From the IMG/VR virus record IMGVR_UViG_2737471850_000002: DNA of 11,760 nucleotides; one strand, given 5' to 3'. The notes below the pieces were generated by a model. The model was not told the DNA's origin. It searched no databases and saw only the letters and a list, made by a program, of their open reading frames with translations. A program made the position numbers and the translations under genes. Of the stretch, positions 1 to 7,218 are shown one piece after another (position 1 is the first letter of the stretch; each line of letters begins with the position of its first letter). This DNA is from a virus. Its lineage: Duplodnaviria; Heunggongvirae; Uroviricota; Caudoviricetes.

Positions 1-609
1 AGACCATAGATGCTGACTTAAAGTTAAGACTTAAAGCTACAGACTTCAGTTATTACTTTAAGCTTCCGCTTCAGTTAATTCTTATGATTGTGGTAACACA
101 ATTCATATAACTACCTATAGCCCAGACTCCAGCAACTATGGTCTTCCTACCACCAGTCTTCAACCTCAAGTCTCGGGACCTTGTACACAGTAGGTCGGCT
201 TCCGGCTGAGGGCTGGATATATGACCAGTGGTCAGGACTAACTATCACTATTAGGAGACTAGCCTCCGCCTCTGTGTCTGACGCGTCAGAACATGCGGTC
301 CGGTCCCGACATTAAGTATCTCTCCTCTTTATACCAAGGCCAGCAGACAGCCTCTGTCAGACCCCAGCTCGTGAGCGTTCTTTAGTTCGTACCGTGGACA
401 GCATCCACAGTCATGACTTAAGTCTATCACCGCTCACCAACTGGACGTCTGACATGCTGTCTTGCACCTTTATCATCACTGGTCATCCCCGACCATCATC
501 AATCCAATTCACTTTCGTTAAGCACTTTCGGCGGCTCCACTTGGTTGCGCTGAATTGGTGTGGATACCCGCAGGGGACGAGAGTGCTTTACCAAAGGAGT
601 AACCTTTAT

Positions 610-1107
610 ATGTCTATCAAATTAACGACCATGCAGGCCGCTTACCTTACTCGTGCAATGACTACAGGCGGAGGATTAATCGAGCTTGGGGAATTGGCTA
701 AGGGATTGGGTAAACAGAAAGCACATTTGATCCGTAAGCTGGAAGCTAATTTTAACAAAGAGTGGCTTTCCAAAATGGAAACCCACTTAACCGTAATGGG
801 CGGCAACCATAAGAATGTAGCCCAGACCGTCAAAACCTACATGCTCGACTACAAGACTGCTGGCGCTCTGGCGATGAGCTACGATCTTCAGTTAGGTGTA
901 GAAGTCCTCACGCTGCTAGAGGAGGCCGTTCAGACTATCGGCGATATGACCAAGGCAGTTCAGGAGGGAGACACTCAGGCGGCGCTGGAGGCCTCTCTGT
1001 CCTTCTCTGAGTCTTTCCGTAAGCGTGTCGAATATTTACCTACCGACTCAGAGAATGCGACCCGTAGCAAGGCCTTGAAGCGCCTGAGCCGTAAGGGAGG
1101 ACTCTGA
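610..1107 (+). CDS. Hypothetical protein, about 165 aa, phage/island-associated. The frame is open from 394 (GTG), but the likely start is ATG 610.
   Basis: ORF track 394..1107; internal ATG at 610 preceded by AAGGAG at 593-598 (11 nt spacing); enterobacterial-like codon use. No family recognised from the translation. Confidence 0.5.
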   Translation: MSIKLTTMQAAYLTRAMTTGGGLIELGELAKGLGKQKAHLIRKLEANFNKEWLSKMETHLTVMGGNHKNVAQTVKTYMLDYKTAGALAMSYDLQLGVEVLTLLEEAVQTIGDMTKAVQEGDTQAALEASLSFSESFRKRVEYLPTDSENATRSKALKRLSRKGGL

Positions 1108-1110
1108 GTC

Positions 1111-1302
1111 ATGGCTATGATTGACCCGCGCACACCTAGCGGTAAGTTGACTCTACGTTACCGAGGTCTTCCCACGTCTATTCTATTGTCGATGCTCAAT
1201 TTGGATAAAGACGCAACGAATGGCCGCCCGTTTTATTCCCGTAATGAGCTTATAGAACAATTGGTCATTCGTGATATGGATATTAACCGAAGAAATAAGT
1301 AA
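1111..1302 (+). CDS. Hypothetical small protein, 63 aa
   Basis: ATG 1111 lies 3 nt after the upstream stop (1105-1107); GGGAGG-like SD (AAGGGAGGA, 1092-1100) upstream; ORF track 1111..1302. Confidence 0.45.
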   Translation: MAMIDPRTPSGKLTLRYRGLPTSILLSMLNLDKDATNGRPFYSRNELIEQLVIRDMDINRRNK

Positions 1303-1591
1303 GAAAGCCTCTGGTCACTGCGTCCGTAAATCCTACAAGTAACGCGATAGCAGAAGGAATAACGTTAATTGCTGCGACGGAAAATGATTTTGCTATCCCT
1401 TGTCCTTTGGCTGCCTTAAATAGAACTGCAAAGATAAATACTAGAATGAATGCAAATAAGGCTACTGTGATTATACGTTCAAGCATATATAGAGTGCGCC
1501 ACGTTATTCCTTCTGCTATATATCCAGCGCCGTATCCAACTGCATAAAAGCAAGCTAGGTAAAGCAATATGCTAAGAGCTAATTTGGGCAT
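1283..1591 (-). CDS. Small integral membrane protein, 102 aa, about 3 predicted transmembrane helices
   Basis: ORF track 1283..1591 minus; translation has three long hydrophobic stretches; AGGAA-type SD upstream of the ATG on the minus strand (plus coordinates about 1599-1603); 3' end overlaps the convergent 1111..1302 ORF by 20 nt. Confidence 0.5.
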   Translation of the reverse strand: MPKLALSILLYLACFYAVGYGAGYIAEGITWRTLYMLERIITVALFAFILVFIFAVLFKAAKGQGIAKSFSVAAINVIPSAIALLVGFTDAVTRGFLTYFFG

Positions 1592-1652
1592 GAAACATTC
1601 CTGAGTGTCTTGGTGAAAAGTTGTCGCAGCTTAGCAAATAACCACATATCTA

Positions 1653-1705
1653 TTGATCGTTTGTTCCAATCGTAATGTCTTCAATTGATCGTTAAGAGTG
1701 ATCAA
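1653..1705. promoter_or_regulatory. Putative operator/promoter region between divergent genes: direct repeat ATTGATCGTT (1653-1662, 1684-1693) plus an inverted partial copy GTGATCAA (1698-1705)
   Basis: Repeats seen directly in the intergenic region between the minus-strand gene ending at 1591 and the plus-strand gene starting at 1810. Confidence 0.3.
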
Positions 1706-1809
1706 ACCTAACCCTATTTAAACCTTTTGAGATGACCGATGCGGGGAGACCGTAGGCATAGCTATGTCTGCGAGACCGATAGTCTCAACTCTCAAGAGGA
1801 GTATTCATT

Positions 1810-2301
1810 ATGTTGTTCAATAACCAAAACTGGGAACTGTCAGTCACCGACATCGACCTTTACGCAAATACTTGCAAGCTGGACGGTCAGCCATACCCGT
1901 TGTCTCTCGCTATCAAGACCCTGATTCCGGGCTATCTGTCTGGCCTGCCGTCTACCAGCCGCGAGGCAATGGAGTTACTGGAAGCTCTGGCTGAAGCTGG
2001 TGTAGCTATTGGCAACTTCTTCAGTAATGACCTGATGACCGCCTATGGTCGCCGCCAGCTTAACAAACGAGCTGAGGCTGAGCGTATCGCTAAAGAGCAA
2101 CGACTTCAGGCTGAGCGTATGCGTGAAGAGAACATGACCGATGCAGAGTGGCAGAAAGAGCTACAGCGTCGCGAACAGGTCAAAGCTGACCGCCGGACCT
2201 ACGGTGAGAACCTCCGCAGTGCTACCCATTCCGCTGGTCGCTCCCGTGCTTCTATGGTCGCTGACATTGAGTCCACGGACAACTGGATGGACAGCCTGTA
2301 A
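1810..2301 (+). CDS. Hypothetical protein, 163 aa, with a charged, coiled-coil-like C-terminal half
   Basis: ORF track 1810..2301; AGGAG SD about 8 nt upstream of the ATG; K/R/E/Q-rich segment (RRQLNKRAEAERIAKEQRLQAERMREE). Confidence 0.6.
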   Translation: MLFNNQNWELSVTDIDLYANTCKLDGQPYPLSLAIKTLIPGYLSGLPSTSREAMELLEALAEAGVAIGNFFSNDLMTAYGRRQLNKRAEAERIAKEQRLQAERMREENMTDAEWQKELQRREQVKADRRTYGENLRSATHSAGRSRASMVADIESTDNWMDSL

Positions 2302-2312
2302 GACACACAAGT

Positions 2313-2335
2313 GGTCCTGACCCGATGTCGGGACC
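2313..2335 (+). terminator. Stem-loop (GGTCCTGAC...GTCGGGACC) 12 nt after the stop of the 1810-2301 gene; no U-tract, so it may be a weak terminator or an RNA-stabilising hairpin
   Basis: About 9-bp stem with one G-U pair and a 5-nt loop, identified by eye; downstream sequence is not T-rich. Confidence 0.3.
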
Positions 2336-2370
2336 CACAGTATCCAAACTAATTTAGGAGATTGATTATT

Positions 2371-2550
2371 ATGACGATTAAAGACGCTTTCCAGTTCGGC
2401 ATTGAGCCAGTACGCATCACCGACACCGACAACATTCAGGTCAATGAAGGTCTGCCGACTAACGCCGACCCGCAGGTCTATGCCCTCCAGTTAGCTAAGA
2501 CGGTTATCCAATGTCTTACCTGCTTCAATGTCTCCCGTAGGCATCAATAA
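2371..2550 (+). CDS. Hypothetical small protein, 59 aa, immediately upstream of alpA
   Basis: ORF track 2362..2550 (TTG start); ATG at 2371 with AGGAG at 2356-2360 (10 nt spacing). Confidence 0.4.
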   Translation: MTIKDAFQFGIEPVRITDTDNIQVNEGLPTNADPQVYALQLAKTVIQCLTCFNVSRRHQ

Positions 2551-2569
2551 ACAACGGGAGACGATTATC

Positions 2570-2767
2570 ATGTCACAATCTTTAATTCGTATGCCAGAAA
2601 CCATGCGCCGTACAGGGTATGGAAGGGCATGGATCTATAAACTCATTGCCCAAGGGCGTTTTCCTAAACCTGTAAAAATTGGCTCGCGAGCTATTGCTTT
2701 CGTTGAGAGTGAAATTGACGAGTGGATTAATCAGCGTATTGCGGAATCACGCGGAACAGCTACCTGA
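2570..2767 (+). CDS. alpA: AlpA-family prophage transcriptional regulator / excisionase-like DNA-binding protein, about 65 aa
   Basis: Translation MSQSLIRMPETMRRTGYGRAWIYKLIAQGRFPKPVKIGSRAIAFVESEIDEWINQRI matches the conserved AlpA/Vis-type small HTH protein pattern; GGGAG SD 9 nt upstream of ATG 2570; the frame is open from 2528 but the 2570 start fits the family length. Confidence 0.85.
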   Translation: MSQSLIRMPETMRRTGYGRAWIYKLIAQGRFPKPVKIGSRAIAFVESEIDEWINQRIAESRGTAT

Positions 2768-2844
2768 TTAAATGGCTACGGGGCTATTGCCCCCAGCTAT
2801 CCACCAGCAAATAAAAGTAACTTAATTCGATAGCAGGAGTTTTT

Positions 2845-3645
2845 ATGAAATTTCCAAAAACGCCCGTACAGGGGCGGGGCTTCGTTCGGCCTGAAAACCA
2901 GAATCTGCAAAATTTCGGCGAAATTATCCCGATTATTTCCGGCGTTATTGGCGGGAGTGAAACCACTATTGTTAGCGCCAGAGCGTTACATAAGGCGTTA
3001 GGTGTAGGGCGCGTTTTCCGTTCGTGGATCAAGGGGCGCATTGAAGAATACGGGTTCACGGAAGGCGTGGATTATGAGGTTGTTGAATATTTGAGCCGAC
3101 CCGATCCGGTGAGCGCAAAATCTCGCCAGCAAACCGCTCTTGAGTACATCATCACAGTGAACATGGCGAAAGAACTGGCGATGGTCGAACGTACCGAACA
3201 GGGCCGCGCCGTTCGCCAGTACTTTATCAAATGCGAGGAGGAGCTACACAAGGTTGCGCCTGTTCGTTCCGCAGCGTTACGCCGGGAACTGAAAGCCCGT
3301 ATCACAGTTGCCAGCTACTTTAAGCCAATGTGTGCCGCGCTGGAGGCGTACCGGGCTGAACTGGGTAAAAACACACTCCAGCACCACTACACCACGGAAG
3401 CGAGCATGCTGGCGCGTATCGTGCTGGGTGGCATGACTGCAAAACAGTGGGCACTGGCGAACGGCATTACAGGCGAACCACGCGACCACATGAGCACGTT
3501 GCAGCTTGAGCACCTTTCTTACCTTGAGCAGAGCAATATCACGCTGATTGAGTTAGGCCAGGACTACCACCAGCGGAAGGCTGAATTAATTCGTCTTTCG
3601 CAGCGTTGGTTAGCCCGTCGCATGGAGGAAAACAGCCATGTGTAA
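2845..3645 (+). CDS. Phage antirepressor-like protein, 266 aa, with an Rha/AntA-type N-terminal DNA-binding region
   Basis: ORF track 2845..3645; AGGAG SD 6 nt upstream; N-terminal segment (SETTIVSARALHKALGVGRVFRSWIKGRIEEYGFTEGVDYEVVE) resembles phage antirepressor / regulatory N-domains. Family assignment is from memory, not a search. Confidence 0.55.
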   Translation: MKFPKTPVQGRGFVRPENQNLQNFGEIIPIISGVIGGSETTIVSARALHKALGVGRVFRSWIKGRIEEYGFTEGVDYEVVEYLSRPDPVSAKSRQQTALEYIITVNMAKELAMVERTEQGRAVRQYFIKCEEELHKVAPVRSAALRRELKARITVASYFKPMCAALEAYRAELGKNTLQHHYTTEASMLARIVLGGMTAKQWALANGITGEPRDHMSTLQLEHLSYLEQSNITLIELGQDYHQRKAELIRLSQRWLARRMEENSHV

Positions 3646-3716
3646 CGCTCTGACCGTTACAAAAAGAGAAAGCGCCCCGTTGCCGGAGCGCCTTTGTGAA
3701 CGAATACCGCGCCTTA

Positions 3717-3866
3717 ATGACTGGTGGGGTACGCTACGACCTGAAAGGCCAGCCGTGCGGCGAGGTGACACCACAGGAACAACAGGACGCAGAAACGCGG
3801 CTGGTGGCGCTGAATGAGAAGCGCAAACGCCAGCGCCGGGTAGCAAAGGAGAAAACAGGCGCATGA
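3717..3866 (+). CDS. Possible small basic protein, 49 aa (MTGGVRYDLKGQPCGEVTPQEQQDAETRLVALNEKRKRQRRVAKEKTGA), whose stop overlaps the perC-like start (ATGA)
   Basis: Hand translation; falls below the 60-aa ORF-track cutoff; ATGA overlap with the downstream ATG 3863 suggests coupling, but no clear SD (a GTG at 3696 is an alternative start). A second short frame from 3638 to 3817 is also open in this GC-rich stretch. Confidence 0.25.
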   Translation: MTGGVRYDLKGQPCGEVTPQEQQDAETRLVALNEKRKRQRRVAKEKTGA

Positions 3867-4150
3867 TTCACGACAGCAAAGCGGAAGCACTGGAAGCGCG
3901 TGGCCTGTACCGGAGAGCGGCGGCGCGGTGGGCTGAGGTCATCATGCTGGCGAATGATGACAAGGCACGGGAACAGGCGGCAAAACGTCGCGCGGAATGT
4001 ATCCGCAAGGCAGCACGCCCACCAGCAAGGCAGGATAATTTCGGGGAGATGCGCGAAACCATCAGCCGGGCACATGCCGGGATGGGATTACATCAGCCCA
4101 ATGGTGAGGCATTCAGGAAATACCAAAAAAAGAACAATTGTAGTCAGTAA
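3863..4150 (+). CDS. PerC-family transcriptional activator (Pch/PerC-like), 95 aa
   Basis: N-terminal pattern SKAEALEARGLYRRAAARWAEVI is typical of the PerC family; AAGGAG SD at 3846-3851; ORF track 3863..4150. Confidence 0.75.
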   Translation: MIHDSKAEALEARGLYRRAAARWAEVIMLANDDKAREQAAKRRAECIRKAARPPARQDNFGEMRETISRAHAGMGLHQPNGEAFRKYQKKNNCSQ

Positions 4151-4284
4151 CAGAGGATGGGATTCTCTTGGTTTTTTGTTGATGCTTTCTGAGGAAATCT
4201 ACTACGTTGCTGAGCTGATGAATATTCAATTGCATCTGGGTTCCTGATAAGATTAATCTGAATATTTTCATTTGGAATAGGGAT

Positions 4285-5427
4285 ATGAATAAAACTTTAA
4301 TTGCAACATTAGTCGGTATAGTAATGTTAACCGGATGTGGGCCAGAAGAGTTAACTCCAGAACAGAAACAGGAAGTAGCTGCTCTTAAAGCTGAACTGTC
4401 GCAAACGGAAGGTGAAATATCAGCAGCTAAGGAAGTTGACCAGCAGTTTTCTGGTGGGTTGATAAAAAATCTGACAACAGCAAGACTGGAAATATTAGGA
4501 ACTAATAAAGCGCTTTTGGAACAGCGTATTAATGCTATTGAATCAGGTGCCAAAATTGATGTTGTTGTATCTGGAGTAAAACCTGATCCTGAGCTTGCGG
4601 CTTCAATTAAAACTGAAATTGACAGCTTAGATGCAAAAATCAACGAAGCCAAAGCTGATGCTCGTCAGTATAGTGGTGGTCTGATAAAGGTACTAAAATT
4701 ATCTACTGTTGCCACTGAAGAGCAGACCATGGCAATGTTGCAGCAAAAGTACCTCACAGCCAAGTATGGCCTCGCTGAAGTTAAGCTGGCATCAGTACAA
4801 GATAATGACGCAAAAAACAGTACTGAAACGGAAGTAACAGCCAAAAATTCCCAAGAGCAACTTCCTTTACTCCCGCCAGCGGATGGTCCGTTTGGCTTAG
4901 AAGCCGGTCTTACACAGAAAAACATCGAAGATATGATCGGTGCTAAGCTCAAGCCACTACCAGACAGTGTGAATCTGTATACTTCTGATAAATTACCGAA
5001 GCAAAACGCAGATTTTGAAATGTATGGTTTGTTGATCTCCCCGAAAGCTGGTTTATGTCAAATACGGGCTTTAGGAAAAAATATTGATACTGATAGCTAT
5101 GGATTGGCTCTTAAATCCAAGTTTGAAGAATTGAGTAATTCTTTAAGTTCTCTGTATGGAAAGGCTGATACTACAGACTTTTTGCTGGCTGGTTCAATTT
5201 GGAAAGATCCTCAGGACTGGATGAGGGGGCTAAACAAAAAAGAACGCTTCTTATCTGCCACATGGAAGGGAACAAAAGAAATACCATTAAAAAACAATAT
5301 TGATACTATATATATTGAGGCCAGAGCGAACAATTCCACTCAGGGATATGTCTATTTGCAGTACTCATTTACAAATGACGAAATTTGTCAGGCAGAAATT
5401 GAAGGGGCGAAAAAAAGTTCCCTTTAA
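4285..5427 (+). CDS. Lipoprotein, 380 aa, with two internal repeats of about 45 aa (Q-F/Y-SGGLIK...) and a C-terminal globular region
   Basis: Signal peptide with lipobox LTGC (MNKTLIATLVGIVMLTGC); internal repeats QQFSGGLIKNLTT... and RQYSGGLIKVLKL...; AT-rich codon use unlike the upstream genes. Confidence 0.75.
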   Translation: MNKTLIATLVGIVMLTGCGPEELTPEQKQEVAALKAELSQTEGEISAAKEVDQQFSGGLIKNLTTARLEILGTNKALLEQRINAIESGAKIDVVVSGVKPDPELAASIKTEIDSLDAKINEAKADARQYSGGLIKVLKLSTVATEEQTMAMLQQKYLTAKYGLAEVKLASVQDNDAKNSTETEVTAKNSQEQLPLLPPADGPFGLEAGLTQKNIEDMIGAKLKPLPDSVNLYTSDKLPKQNADFEMYGLLISPKAGLCQIRALGKNIDTDSYGLALKSKFEELSNSLSSLYGKADTTDFLLAGSIWKDPQDWMRGLNKKERFLSATWKGTKEIPLKNNIDTIYIEARANNSTQGYVYLQYSFTNDEICQAEIEGAKKSSL

Positions 5428-5439
5428 ACAATCCGTGCA

Positions 5440-5466
5440 AAGCCCCTTAGTAAGGGGCTTTTATAT
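5440..5466 (+). terminator. Rho-independent terminator downstream of the lipoprotein gene
   Basis: AAGCCCCT / AGGGGCTT stem with a short loop, followed by TTTTAT, 13 nt after the stop codon at 5425-5427. Confidence 0.7.
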
Positions 5467-5491
5467 ATTAATGTTCAACGGGGGGGATTAG

Positions 5492-5815
5492 ATGAAAGAT
5501 AATCTAGAAAAACTAATTGAAAATACTTTAAAAGATATTCTATTAGCTAATGCTGCTCTAACATTCATTTTTGCAATACCAATGGCTATTATCAGTAGGT
5601 ATGGGATGGGCATCACAATCTGGTTTATAACTGTGCTCATTGCACCTGCTCTGTGTGCAGTAGGTGCATGGCTTGTATCTCGAACATCCGGCCATGCTGA
5701 GGAGTTCTTTCATCGTCGGTGGGCTAAGCGAATTTATGTTTTTTATACTCTTGCGGCTGCCGAGTTTTTGCTTGTGTACTCAATCGCGCAAATAATGAAA
5801 AATCTGATGAAATAA
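5492..5815 (+). CDS. Small integral membrane protein, 107 aa, about 3 predicted transmembrane helices
   Basis: ORF track 5492..5815; G-rich SD (GGGGGGA) about 6 nt upstream; three hydrophobic segments of about 20 residues. Confidence 0.6.
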   Translation: MKDNLEKLIENTLKDILLANAALTFIFAIPMAIISRYGMGITIWFITVLIAPALCAVGAWLVSRTSGHAEEFFHRRWAKRIYVFYTLAAAEFLLVYSIAQIMKNLMK

Positions 5816-6022
5816 TTAACAAGTTATTATCATGGAGCTTGTGGCTGTTAACCTGCAGTGAGGCGACAATCGTGTATTTATAAAAACTTCCCCTTTTCAC
5901 TCCCCGCTGTTTCTTCTGCTATTGCCTTTATGTTTGCATGCACCAACATCTGCCATACCTTTGCAGAAAAATCAGAGCATTCAGTGCCGAAGGTTGGTTT
6001 ATTGATGCTTTTCGTTTCATTT

Positions 6023-6078
6023 ATTGCAATTGTCTCTGGTATCATTTCAATTTGTGCAATAATTGCAATAATTGCAAT
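6023..6078. promoter_or_regulatory. Three perfect copies of the 8-bp palindrome ATTGCAAT (6023-6030, 6062-6069, 6071-6078) just upstream of the 6103 gene; candidate operator array
   Basis: Seen directly; the last two copies are tandem with 9-bp periodicity (GCAATAATT GCAATAATT GCAATTATT); located 25-80 nt upstream of the ATG at 6103. Confidence 0.4.
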
Positions 6079-6102
6079 TATTGTCATTCAGAAGGGATCA
6101 TC

Positions 6103-6270
6103 ATGAAAAATCACGGAGTAAAGCCAGTTTTACTTTCCCGGAGGCAGATCGAAGCCCTGCAACGCATCCAGGACGAAGAGCGTCAGAAATCTGTGCTTGG
6201 TGTGGCACCGTCGATTCATGTTATCGCTCGGCAACTGATGGATAAGGCACTTAAAGAGGTGAGACTGTGA
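6103..6270 (+). CDS. Hypothetical small protein, 55 aa (MKNHGVKPVLLSRRQIEALQRIQDEERQKSVLGVAPSIHVIARQLMDKALKEVRL), a possible small DNA-binding regulator
   Basis: ATG 6103 with AAGGGA SD 6 nt upstream; stop overlaps the GTG start of the next ORF (GTGA); the upstream part of ORF-track frame 5938..6270 is low-complexity translation of the repeat region. Confidence 0.5.
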   Translation: MKNHGVKPVLLSRRQIEALQRIQDEERQKSVLGVAPSIHVIARQLMDKALKEVRL

Positions 6271-6527
6271 AATTAAATATCAGAGTGGATAAACGCCAGC
6301 TATGGCAGAAAAAAGAGAACAGCGAGGCATTCAGGGCGTTGCTGGTGGAAAATCTTCAGCACCGGTTCAGTGGAGAGTTGCCTGATGCTCTAGGGAAGAA
6401 ACTGGAATCCCTGACGGTGGAAATTGGCGATTATGGCTTTGTTGATGTTGAAAGCACGACTGCCAACACAGAAATCGTAAAACAGGTCGTCAATGATGTA
6501 ATGAAAACCACGCTTAACGGACGATGA
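6267..6527 (+). CDS. Hypothetical protein, 86 aa
   Basis: ORF track 6267..6527; GTG start overlapping the upstream stop; AAAGAGG SD about 7 nt upstream. Confidence 0.5.
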   Translation: MKLNIRVDKRQLWQKKENSEAFRALLVENLQHRFSGELPDALGKKLESLTVEIGDYGFVDVESTTANTEIVKQVVNDVMKTTLNGR

Positions 6528-6540
6528 CATACGGCAGCGT

Positions 6541-6789
6541 GTGCTGAATGCAGCCGGGGAATTAGGCTGGGAAGTGCACTTTCTTGATGATGGTGCTATC
6601 TGCCTTGAGGATGATGAAGGACAGCATTACTTTGAACAATACAATTTGCGGGGTAATGCCTGGCTGGCAATTCATATGCTGCGTTGTGAACTATGCTATG
6701 TTGCCAGCGATTGTCCCGATGAACAGGACACATGGAGTGAGGCAGGACTAAACGCCCTGGCTGAATGGGAAAAATCAGGCCATCAATGA
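6541..6789 (+). CDS. Hypothetical acidic protein, 82 aa
   Basis: ORF track 6541..6789 (GTG start, weak SD); the frame opens only at 6505, so the start is constrained; possible third gene of the small operon. Confidence 0.4.
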   Translation: MLNAAGELGWEVHFLDDGAICLEDDEGQHYFEQYNLRGNAWLAIHMLRCELCYVASDCPDEQDTWSEAGLNALAEWEKSGHQ

Positions 6790-6794
6790 CCTCA

Positions 6795-7008
6795 AAAAGT
6801 GTCAAGTTGAGCAGCTTGCCAGGTTGACACTTTACACTCTGAACGCGAAAAAGTGTCAACCTTGCTGGAAGCCGCGCCATTACTGGCCTTGTACCATATT
6901 CACCACGTCAAAAAACCGAAAAAATCGCGAAAAGTGTCAAGTTGCCATGCTTAGAAATGCCAGGGATGGTTAAGTTTTGTTAAGGTTTTTCGCGAAAAAG
7001 TGTCAACC
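6795..7008. repeat. Iteron-like array: four direct copies of (CGCG)AAAAAGTGTCAA(C/G) at about 6795-6810, 6844-6861, 6926-6942 and 6991-7008, plus one inverted copy GTTGACACTTT at 6823-6833
   Basis: Seen directly; copies are spaced about 50-80 bp apart in an intergenic region. Consistent with a replication-origin iteron set, a partition site, or a multi-site operator. Confidence 0.7.
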
Positions 7009-7038
7009 AGCCCCCTAAGATTTCCTAAGGTGTAAACC

Positions 7039-7218
7039 ATGACCATCACCGAAGCCGATATGCTGGAGATGATCCGCAGCATTGCCGAAATCAAACAACC
7101 AGCAAGCAAAATTAACAGGTGTTCAGCGCCTGTTTCCGTTGTGCTGCAACAGGAACGCCACCAGCAGGATGATGTGAGGCCGTATCAGTGGAAGAAACCG
7201 GACAGGCCGCGACGGTGA
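7039..7218 (+). CDS. Possible small protein, 59 aa (MTITEADMLEMIRSIAEIKQ...), immediately downstream of the iteron array
   Basis: Hand translation; AAGG about 9 nt upstream of ATG 7039; below the ORF-track cutoff; overlapped by a minus-strand ORF (7123..7440) of equally uncertain status. Confidence 0.25.
   Translation: MTITEADMLEMIRSIAEIKQPASKINRCSAPVSVVLQQERHQQDDVRPYQWKKPDRPRR

Noticed and set aside
1-393. tRNA gene or att site at the left edge
   Set aside because: No cloverleaf-compatible sequence or T-loop motif (GTTCGAATC-like) could be found by eye; an att site cannot be called without the partner repeat.
642-833. Minus-strand ORF 642..833 (63 aa)
   Set aside because: It is antisense within the 610-1107 coding frame, with no start context.
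305-2336. 11-nt inverted match between about 303-313 (GGTCCCGACAT) and the hairpin at 2321-2336
   Set aside because: A single 11-mer match is expected by chance many times over in a window this size on two strands; not taken as terminal inverted repeats.
2784-3513. Minus-strand ORFs 2784..3059, 3072..3305 and 3277..3513
   Set aside because: They lie antisense within the antirepressor-like gene, which has a good SD and a recognisable N-terminal domain; they are probably shadow ORFs.
3610-4075. Minus-strand ORFs 3610..3864, 3734..4075 and 3868..4062, and the plus-strand ORF 3900..4247
   Set aside because: All overlap the PerC-like gene in a GC-rich stretch where several frames are open by chance; the translations are R/A/S-rich with no start context, whereas the PerC-like frame has a strong SD and a family-typical sequence.
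4113-4952. Minus-strand ORFs 4113..4652 (179 aa) and 4665..4952 (95 aa) antisense to the lipoprotein gene
   Set aside because: The plus-strand frame encodes a canonical lipoprotein signal peptide and internal repeats; the antisense translations are serine-rich and low-complexity with no start signal.
5300-5491. Plus-strand ORF 5300..5491 (63 aa)
   Set aside because: It is an out-of-frame overlap with the 3' end of the lipoprotein gene and runs through the terminator hairpin.
5858-6106. ORFs 5858..6106 (+), 5878..6087 (-) and the N-terminal part of 5938..6270 (+)
   Set aside because: Their translations are low-complexity (IIAIIAII, CNNCNNCNYC) because they read through the ATTGCAAT palindromic repeats; the region is better explained as a regulatory leader, with the real gene starting at ATG 6103.
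6795-7008. CRISPR array interpretation of the CGCGAAAAAGTGTCAAC repeats
   Set aside because: Repeats are short (13-17 bp), irregularly spaced (about 50-80 bp), include an inverted copy, and there are no cas genes in the window; iterons or an operator array fit better.
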